DNA of 64,000 nucleotides from the NCBI GenBank assembly GCA_964016885.1, contig OZ024741.1:146320001-146384000 (forward strand), read 5' to 3'. The notes beneath the pieces were generated by a model that saw only the letters and a list, made by a program, of their open reading frames with translations, did no database searches and had not been told where the DNA came from. Positions 24,731 to 34,399 of this stretch are shown one piece after another. The first letter of the stretch is position 1; the number at the start of each line of letters is the position of its first letter. The position numbers and the translations under genes were made by a program. The DNA is from Eledone cirrhosa (taxonomy: Eukaryota).

Positions 24731-25124
24731 ATTTCTAGTGGCAATTTTGATTCATCACTTTTGTCCGTCTATACAAATATTTATGATGATGGTGAACTAG
24801 CTGGACCTATGGAATTGTAAAATTTGTCTTCACATATGTTATTGTCTCTTTACATTTGATAAAACAAACACAAAAAGAGTTTTAAGACCATTTTCCCTGC
24901 TAATGGTGCAATTGTTAGCTTTTGCACATCACACAATAAGTTTCAAAATCATCATGAAATCCCCTTTCAGGTAATGTTTTATGGCCAAAAGTCCTTCTTA
25001 GCACCAAACCAACCCTTTTAATCACCTTTTACTACCAACAGAGTGTGAGATACATATGATAACAGTAATAAAAACAGCAAACATTTGATTTCAAATAAAA
25101 ATAATTACATTATTAGGAAGTTAC

Positions 25125-25200
<76 letters not shown>

Positions 25201-25202
<2 letters not shown>

Positions 25203-26641
25203 CATCATCATCATCATCATCATCAACGTTTAACGTCCGTGTTCCACGCTTGCATGGGTTTGGACGGGGGTAGTCCCACTTGAGGCAAGAGTGATTGTCT
25301 TGCTCGCATAGGACTGTCTGGCAGGTTTTCTACAGTTGGATGCCCTTCCTAACACCAACCACATTTACAGTGTGGGTCTGGGAGGTTTTTACCGTGTTGC
25401 CTACACGGCCACATTACAGCGTGGACTGTGTGTTTTTTTGTCGTGACACCTACACGATCTCATTTGTTTCGGCCTCGAAGGCGCGGCACCAACATAACTT
25501 TACATAGAACGGGGTGGTGTGGATCGGGTGGGGGTGGGGGTGGTGGGACGGGGTGTATTTTGTTAGAGATGCCTACTGGCTGGAGTAGGTTTTACTATAT
25601 ATTTAGGTAAGGCGGGTCTTCTCTGTTACTGAGTACCGCCAAAGGTCTCGGTCCAGTGACATTGTCTTGGAGAGGTGTAAGTGTGTGATGTCGGAGTTTA
25701 TCAGCTCGTCCCAGGTTTTTCTAGGTCTGCCTATTCCGTGACTACCGTCTATCTTTATTGCCCTGCACTTTGTTATACAGCTATCGACTTTCATGCGCAT
25801 CACGTGTCCATACCAACGTAGCCTTCTCTCGAGTAAACAACATCTGATCCCTCTTATCTCTAATTTTTTCCTTAGTTCGTTTATGCTTTGCCGTTCACGT
25901 ATATTACTGTTACACATCCAGCGGAGCATGCAAGCTTCGTTCCTCTCTAGTCTGCGTATATCCTCTGCACACAATGCCCAGGTCTCACTGCCATGCAGCA
26001 TTGCTGTTCGTATGCAGGCATCGTACAACCTGCCTTTCATTTTTAGTGAGAACCCTTTAGCAGCTAATAGTGGTATAAGCTCTCTGAACTTTTTCCAACC
26101 AGTTCTGACTCTAGCTACAGTACTTTCAGAGCACCCTCCCCCACTGCTGATTTTATCGCCCAGGTAACGGAAGCTGTCCACTATTTCTATAGAACCCTCT
26201 GCGCAATTGAAAGAGCTAGTAGTTTGTGGGCACTTGCTGCTACTTATTGCACCAGAGCACCGGCCACATGTAAAATCTATGTTCTTAGTTAGCTTACCTG
26301 TGATCCCACTACATCTTTTATGCACCCATACTTTACATTTAGGACATAAAATGGAGTTTCTACCTACGCCTTTCCTACACACCGAGCACGACCATTTCCC
26401 AGAAGGGACCGCCGCCTTGTTTTCTTTCCTACAAACTAGCACTTTGGTCTTAGCCAGGTTAATTTTAAGTCCTTTTGACTCTAGGCCGTGCTTCCATGTT
26501 TGGAATTTCTTCTCTAGCTCGGCCATTGATTCCGCTATGAGTGTCAGGTCGTCTGCGTATAGGAGTTCCCATGGGCAGCCTGTCTTGAACTCCTCTGTTA
26601 TAGCCTGAAGGGCAATAATAAATAGTAGTGGACTGAGAACA
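25201..26641 (-). mobile_element. RTE-clade LINE, 5'-truncated, open RT C-terminal half with PHD-like insert
   Basis: VLSPLLFII, ELLYADDL, CSVC...CPKC...HKRC...CGRC, FRYLG, LHGSETW, RLRWYGHVMR, GRPRKTW; (GAT)n tail. The first ~55 aa of the ORF-track protein come from the neighbouring copy and (TA)n. Confidence 0.92.
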
Positions 26642-26663
26642 GATATATATACATATATATATA

Positions 26664-26704
<41 letters not shown>

Positions 26705-26709
<5 letters not shown>

Positions 26710-27359
26710 AGGGATCAGATGCTGTTTACTCGAGAGAAGACTACGTTGGTATGGCCACGTGATGCGCATGAAAGACGACAGCTGTATAAAAAAGTGCAGG
26801 GCGATCAAAATTGACGGAAGTTACAGAGTAGGCAGACCCAGAAAAACCTGGGACGATTTGATAAATTCCAACCTTACACATTTACACCTCTCTAAGACAT
26901 TGGCACTGGACCGAGATCTTTAGCGCTACGCAGTAATACAGAAAATCCGCCTTGCCTAAGTACAAAGCAAAACCTACAGTCAGTAGGCACCTCTTGATCA
27001 AATATACACCCCCATCCCACTACCCCAACTCCTCCACCCCCACCCCCATCATCACCACCCCTTTCTCTGTAAAGTTACGTTGGTATCACAACATTCAGTC
27101 CTAAATAAATGAGGTTTTGTAGGTGTCATAACAAAAAAACACAGTCCATGCTGTAATGTGGCCGTGTAGGTAACACGGTAAAAACCTCCCAGTCCACACT
27201 GTAAACGTGGTTGGTGTTAGGAAGGGAATCCAGCCATAGAAAACCTGCCAGACACGGGCGAGACAACCAATCTTGCCTCAGTGGGACAATTCCCATCTAA
27301 ACCCATGCTAGCGTGGAAGATAGACGTTAAACGATGATGATGATGATGATGATGATGAT
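26705..27359 (+). mobile_element. RTE LINE 3' fragment (related subfamily)
   Basis: RGIRCCLLERRLRWYGHVMR...GRPRKTW; (GAT)n tail. Confidence 0.9.
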
Positions 27360-27381
27360 ATATATATATATATACATATAT

Positions 27382-27731
27382 ATGGAGGCACATGGCTTAG
27401 TGGTTAGAGCATTGGCCTTGCAATCGAAAGGTTGTGAGTTCAATTCTCAGACCGGGTGATGTGTTGTTTCCTTGAACAAGACACTTTATTTCACATTGCT
27501 CCAGTTTACTCAGCTGTAGAAATGAGATGATAGGGACTGGGGTCCCTATCATTCCACTGCAAAGTGGTCGTGGAGGTGCCACGGCAAAAAAGCACCCAGC
27601 ACTCACTGTAAATGAGGTTGGTGTTAGGAAGGGCATCCAGCTGTAGAAATAAAGCCAGAATCAGTTCCCGTCCCACCCTTGCAAGCAGGGAAAAAGTGGA
27701 CGTAAAATGAAATGATGATGATGATGATGAT
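27382..27731 (+). mobile_element. Meta-like/RTE-tailed SINE
   Basis: Full A/B boxes, core, (GAT)n tail; flanked by (TA)n. Confidence 0.92.
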
Positions 27732-27746
27732 ATATATATAAAAAAG

Positions 27747-28321
27747 AAAATGTTGCTCTTCATGACTGAATACAATAAATGTAATCTGAGTTTTCGAACA
27801 TTAATAATAACATTGAAGTGTTCATTCTACTGACATGGCTATAAAATTGAGGTTTGTTTGCATAACTGCAAGCGAATCGAATGTTATCATTAATATTCGA
27901 TAAACTCAGATTACATTTATTATATTCTGCTATGTAGAGCAACATTTTTTTTTATTTGAATTTGGCAAAGCTGGCCATGTATCACTCATATACAGGAAAC
28001 TGACTGGCCAGTCTAATGATATGCAAATCTGGCTGATCAGCCAGTCTGTTAATATGCAAATCAAACTGATCAGTCACTGTGTATTTTTGAAAATAACATA
28101 TATTTTCACTAGCTCTGACAGTTTGGTAGGTGAGCAGTGAGCTATATTGATGAAGGGTGATACCCAGAAACATTAGTGTCTGCAGTTCTGTTCACATGCC
28201 AACACAAGAGCAAGAATGAAGTGTTCATTCTACTGACATGGCTATAAAATTGAGGCTTGTTTGCATAATTGCAAACGAATCGAATGTTATTATTAATATT
28301 TAAAAAACTCAGATTACATTC
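27747..28321 (+). mobile_element. Non-coding Penelope-derived/retrozyme-like element
   Basis: ~105-bp direct repeat (27815-27918 vs 28218-28320), inverted end copy (27747-27815), internal hammerhead; in (TA)n. Confidence 0.65.
28139..28188 (+). ncRNA. Type I hammerhead ribozyme (core C3-to-T variant)
   Basis: GAGCTATA-TTGATGA-A-GGGT gat ACCC-A-GAAA-CAT ta GTG-TC-TGCAGTTC. Confidence 0.65.
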
Positions 28322-29894
28322 ATATATATATATGTATCTATCTATATATGTGTGTGTGTGCGTGTATATATATCCGTATGTGAGTATATATGTATATGCA
28401 TATATATATATTAGATCATTTTAATTAATTTTTAATGTTAAGTGAATGTAATTAGTATCCTACATACTTTAACTATTGAAAAATCTTGCAAAAATCTTCT
28501 TTGAGGAACATTTTTTGAAAAAAAAAAAATCTATGAAATAAATTTTGCTACTGATAATTTAGCAAAACAGCTTTAATATTAAATCCCTTAAAAGATATTA
28601 GCTTTAATTAATAGAAAAATTTCCATGTATTAGTTAGGAAATTCATAAATTAATCTTTTGATTGCAGATGAGGGTTAACATGTTTTCAATAGAAAAGTTG
28701 TCTTTCAGTTCTAAAGGAAATCTAGATATCACGTTCTTTGATCTAAAATCAAAAGAAATTCTTCACAATATTGTACACATAGCATTTTATTAAAATAAAA
28801 TATATTGCAACTGACTTTTGTAGTAAACACTGTCACATTTTATAAATTAAGACAAAGTCCCATGAAGGAGATTATTAGTATAGTAGAGAGAAAGTTTAAC
28901 TCAAGCCTAGATTCAGTTTTCATTCAGTAAAGAACGTCAGAGAGAGAGACAGACAATACAGTAGACTGTTATGCTGAATGTGGTATGCTACCTAGTTTGA
29001 TAATTCAACGTTCTGAGTTCAAACCTAACTGACATCAACATTGACCATAGAGTATGAAATAAGTACCAGTAATACAATAAAGTTGATTTACTTAATTCTA
29101 CCCTTCTATTAAAAAGGGGTGATCAAATGCATGCTCCATAGAAATCAATCTATATTCAGTGCCATGGGGTTGGAACTGATTTCTAATAAGATATAGAACA
29201 GAAATGAGCTGCAAGAAGATATTTGACTCCAATTCTTGGTTGTAGCCTTTTTGCTTCTCTTTCATTATGAAGGAAGAATACACAATCACTTTTACACTCC
29301 TACATAAATTTCATTTTATAACTATTTAGGAGACTAATATCATGTTGAGCTGATGAGGAAACCCATATGTGGTTGCTGAACCGCTAGAAATAACAACCAA
29401 ATATCTACTAAATCACAAGCAAACATCTATGGAAATATGACACACTAGTTAATATAGACTTAGATATATTATAACTGAAATAGATATTGTTGGAGTTTGA
29501 TAAAGATACTATTTCCATAGATTAAATGCAAGCATTCACATTAACAGGATTTATTCATTTATTCTCTTATATAAATCAAAATCAGAATCTTTTGTTTTTA
29601 TTCATAGGAGTTGATAGAAAAATCCACTATTTTGTGATATGTTCACAATAAAGAGATGACTGTTATAAACTGATGATGGATCTTTCATGTTTCAATGGTC
29701 AATGGAAGTTATCTGATTGACCAAACATGTCCAACTCATGAATTAACATATAATAGGTTAGGTATTCCACAAACATGTATACCATTAACATAACTCCTAA
29801 CCAGAATCAGCAAAACAGTTGATAAGGTTGAATTACAGATACAAACCATCCAATACACCATACATTTCCCATCTACCTAATGCCTAAGATGCCT

Positions 29895-30478
29895 TCATCA
29901 TCATCACAGTTTTATGTCCATTCTTCCATGCTAGGATGGATTAGATGAGTTATCCTGTTATGAGCAATGCTAGGTCAGGTGACCATGCTTTGCTTCATAC
30001 AGAACTGATTTTGGCTTTATTGACCATGCTTTGCTTATACAGAACTGGTTTGGGCTTGGTTTCTAGAGCTGGATGCCTTTCTTAGTGCCAGCCTCATTTA
30101 CAGTGTGGACTGGGTACTTTTTATTGTAATACCTCCATGACCACTTTATAGTGTGGACTGGGTACTTTTTGTTGTGACACCTACACAACCACTTTACAGT
30201 GTGAGATGGATGCTTTTCGTCATCATACTTACATGACTCCTATACAGTGGAAGGATGTGGCATGGCATACTGTATATATGCTTCAGTTTCAGCCTGTGCC
30301 CATGGGAAGTCAGGTCTTCTGTATTACTGCATAACACCAGAGATCTTGGTTCTGTGTCATCGCCATTGAGAGGTGCAATTGGGCAAGGTCAGCTTTTATC
30401 ACTTCATCCCAAGTCTTCCTGGGTCTTCCCACTCCAAGGCGTCCATCGACTTTGAGCACTCTGCATCTTTTTAAGTAG
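29895..30478 (-). mobile_element. RTE LINE 3' fragment
   Basis: YLKRCRVLKVDGRLGVGRPRKTWDEVIKADL; ~42-bp 3'UTR repeats. Confidence 0.85.
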
Positions 30479-30555
30479 CTGCCACACAATGGTATTAAAC
30501 CCAGGACCTTATGACTGTGAAGCAAATTTTTCAACCATTCAGCTATGTTCACATT

Positions 30556-30733
30556 ATAATTGTTTCTACTTTTGGCACAAGGCCAGCAATTATCCAGTGC
30601 ATTACTGGTACTTTATTTTATCAACCCCGTAAGGATGAAAGGTAAAGTTAGCCTCGGCGGGATTTGAACTCAGAATGGCAAGGGCCGTAACTCTATGCGT
30701 CAAAGCATGGCGTCCGACCCTCTACCGGTACTG
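30556..30733 (-). mobile_element. Nin-domain SINE (slightly 5'-truncated)
   Basis: Match to 21595-21784. Confidence 0.9.
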
Positions 30734-31020
30734 GACTAGTTATGTCTTGACTTGATGATACTGTAATACTTTACATATATTACCAAGGTGGAGACCTAAC
30801 TTGGCTATCCATTTTCCTGCTCTATACAGTATCTGGCAACTGCTCAACCTTCAGAAAATTTGTTGCTCAATTTTGTTCAAGCTTTATGAATACTCAAACG
30901 TTTACACCATTTTAATACTATACCAACTGAAACTACCCCTGGTTCAATTATACTAACGTTATTATTTCAAAATGTTTATATTTGTCTAAAATTTTCCTCT
31001 GTAACTTCAAACACCAGCTT

Positions 31021-31206
31021 AATAATTGTTTCTACTTTAGGCACAAGGCCAGCAATTACCCAGTGCATTACTGGTACTTTATTTTATCGACCCCGTAAAG
31101 ATGAAAGGCAAAGTCAACCTCGGCGGGATTTGAACTCAGATCGTAAAGGGACGTAACTATGCTGGAAAGCATGGCGTCCGACCCTCTACCGATACTGCCA
31201 ATCCAC
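31021..31206 (-). mobile_element. Nin-domain SINE inserted in a MITE-like repeat
   Basis: Match to family; ATAAT on both sides. Confidence 0.88.
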
Positions 31207-31334
31207 ATAATGAGACTTAGTTAAGATAACATTTTCCAAATTCTTAATTAATTTCAAAATCATAGGCAGTGTTTTCCATTAGAAATATGCTAAAGGGTTA
31301 AACTTTGTAAAAACTGTTAATGTTCAATGTCAAC

Positions 31335-31634
31335 CTGATAGAATGGAAGTTTCTAATCCATTATTGTATTTATACATGAAATATTTTAATTTTATCTGCA
31401 GTAAATCAAAGCAGACAGGCTGAGTAAAGGAAAATCTCAGCTGGAATGGCAGCTTAAGCAGGCTTTTCAGTCCATCCACAACTTGAGATATAATTTGATT
31501 ATGCTGAAACCTTTCAGCACTTACTACAGCCAGAGACAGAAACATTTGTAATGGACAGTGGACAATTTCAGGTATTGTTTGTGGTGTTGAAAAGATCTTA
31601 AATGGCTCAGAGCAAAAATATTTAAAGTTACCAC
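31335..31634 (-). CDS. Candidate host coding exon (100 codons, phase 1/1), product unknown
   Basis: Non-repetitive open frame GNFKYFCSEPF...ETSILS; pyrimidine-rich acceptor TTCTACTTCATCTTAG; weak donor CAG|GTTGAC; length 300. Confidence 0.35.
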
Positions 31635-31720
31635 CTAAGATGAAGTAGAATGATAGATGAGAAAGAAAGTGAAAGAGAAATGGATGTGTGTATGTGTATG
31701 TGTGTATATGTGTGTATATA

Positions 31721-31772
<52 letters not shown>

Positions 31773-31914
31773 ATGTATATATTTCTATATATATTATAGA
31801 ATTGGGAGCCCAATTGTCAAGCATTTGAATAATGGTTTTAATAGACTTAACTAATAACGTCACATCCATCTCTTCCTCTCGTATACATGTGTATATATGT
31901 ACGCATGTGTGTGT

Positions 31915-31951
<37 letters not shown>

Positions 31952-32509
31952 TTGTGAATTACATCAATAAAATTAAAATGAAGTGTAGTGACATCTTATG
32001 TGTGAAAATTCTACCTCTGTCTAAAAAGAACTGAATCTCAGTATTTATATGTTATACATGAAAAACTTCCAGAATCACATAAAAGCTCATAGTGCTTGCC
32101 AACGTGGTTACTTTTTCTCAACATTCTCTTCAATGCCTAACAGTATTTATTAACCCTTGTCAATCCTACCTGAAACCACACCTGCTTTTATGCTACAATG
32201 TTTTTATATATCTAAAAGCCTTTCTCTTCCAAATAGCAGCTGAACCCTTCTGTACCATATTTGCTTATGATTTTTAAATAATTTGAAAGTTAATCAAGAA
32301 TGTGGAGGGATTTAGTAAAATAACAAATTTTCTTATTGTTAAACTAAAGGAACATAAAAGTTTTTACTTAATTTTACAATTGAAGTTTTTAAATAAATAT
32401 AAACACGTTAAAACAAATAGTTTTGTATTGTAGAACCAGGGCTGGGGTTAGGTGGTTTGGCAACAAAAGGATGAATACTGAGAAATTTAGTTATATTACC
32501 CCTCTGAAT

Positions 32510-32713
32510 TCGTCCCAGGTTTGTCTGTCTGGAGGTCTGGACCGAACCAGACCCCTAGCAATTTAACTGGTCCGTCTGTCTAGAGCCCGATGACACTGTT
32601 GGATGGCAGGAACCTGCCTCTCCAGGTGCCGAGCTGCAGGCCCACCGACTTTTCCTGGTTGATCATTGCTCCTGTCACCGCCTCGTATTCTCTTAATGTG
32701 GTGCCAATTGCCT
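32510..32713 (-). mobile_element. Isolated internal Tx1 RT fragment
   Basis: Homologous to 13581-13783 (IGTTLREYEAVTGAMINQEKSVGLQLGTWRGR). Confidence 0.85.
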
Positions 32714-32744
32714 TATTAATGAATTATTAAGATTAATTTGTAAT

Positions 32745-32836
32745 ATAATTGTTTCTACTTTTGGCACAAGGCCAGCAATTATCCCAGTATATTACTGGTA
32801 CTTTACTTTATCGACTCCATAAGGATGAAAGGCAAA
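32745..32836 (-). mobile_element. Nin-domain SINE 3' fragment
   Basis: AATTGTTTCTACTTTTGGCACAAGGCC...GGATGAAAGGCAAA. Confidence 0.85.
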
Positions 32837-33221
32837 ATGAAAGGCTGTTATATACAATTATATTGGAAGATTTATTTCAATAGAAACCCCTTAAAATGGA
32901 TGGTTTCATTTCATAGAACCAGCGACAATTTTAGGCAAGTTATTATCATATTATCAAAAGGGTAAATTTGGGCAGTGAGGCTTTTCCAAATAATGTTAAT
33001 AACCATCTGTAAACATGTGGAGTATATTCCATCGAGCTAATTTTTAAACTTCTGCATGAATGTCCATGTCTCACAAGCAGAGAATATACATTAACTAAAA
33101 AATGAATGTAACTGTAAAAAAAACAATGCAACATCAGAAACCTTTAGTTTTTTTCTGCCTCCAAAATAGTTAGCAACCCATATCACAAAACATAAAAACA
33201 ACTAATAATAATAATGATAAT

Positions 33222-33492
33222 AATAATAATTGTTTCTACGTTAGGCACAAGGCCAGCAATTACCCAGTGCATTACTGGTACTTTATTTTATCGACCCCGT
33301 AAGGATGAAAGGCAAAGTCAACCTCGGCGAGATTTGAACTCAGATTGTAAAGGGACGTAACTATGCTGGAAAGCATGGCATCCGACCCTCTACCGATACT
33401 GCCAATCCACCGCCATATGATAATAATAATAATAATAATTGTTTCTACTTTTGGCACAAGGCCAGCAATTACCCAGTGCATTACTGGTACTT

Positions 33493-33493
<1 letters not shown>
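33222..33493 (-). mobile_element. Full Nin-domain SINE plus a 60-bp 3' fragment, both in (TAA)n
   Basis: 33222-33414 full copy; 33435-33493 fragment. Confidence 0.88.
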
Positions 33494-33533
<40 letters not shown>

Positions 33534-34399
33534 GGGAAGAAGACGCACGTGGTGGATAGAGTGTTATGGAATCGCTCCCGTACGTTTTTGATTTTTAACA
33601 TATTTAAAACAATTGTGATATAACAATTCTTAGTACAAATGGGACATAAGGCACCAGGCTTACCCTCCGGAAATGTTAGCCCATAATATCCTGTTATATC
33701 GCTCAAATATTCAATTTTGTATTATAAATTTTATATTCAAAAAAGAAAATGGTTATAAATGGAAGAAAACCCCCTCTGTCTACACTATATAGAACAGCCA
33801 AATAACAGCAATTTCACCAACACCACAACCTAAATGCACCATCTATCCCACCACCCCTCTGTTTACACTAAATACAATAGCCAGATAACAGCAATTTCAC
33901 CACCACCGCCACCAATCCCAGCATAATAATAATAATTACTATTATTGTATCTCAAGTTTTCTCAAAATGTTTAATTCAAATATTAAGAAAATATGTCAAC
34001 ACATATATTAAACATAGGTGACAAACTGCATAGATACACCGATCAAACAAACGCATCCTAGATACAGTCTATTCAACAGAACTCAATAACGACAACGCCA
34101 TCACTAGAGTCACTGCCGTCACCACTCCATCATTGCTACCACTATCCCATCACCGCCGCCACCAATGCTACCCCACTACATTCTGTTAACTTAAGAAATG
34201 GGAAGGTGGCGGTATCACTAGACAAGGGAGAGGCTAGCAAAATAGACTGACTTAGTGACCCAGTCAAACATCAACGACTATGGCACTGCTGGCTCCCCCA
34301 CTTCCCCACCAACAATAGAAAAAGCCCCAGCACCACCACCAACATAGCCAACAACAACAGGCAACTTCAACAAAAAGTATATTATATTATTAATAATAA

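Noticed and set aside
27382-27455. tRNA-like A/B boxes
   Set aside because: SINE head; continues into core and tail, and no proper acceptor stem is evident.
29349-29365. CTGATGAGGAAAC hammerhead-like core
   Set aside because: No stem II and no stem I/III pairing.
31402-31571. + strand AG...GT-bounded exon candidate
   Set aside because: Stops in all three frames; the - strand reading is better supported.
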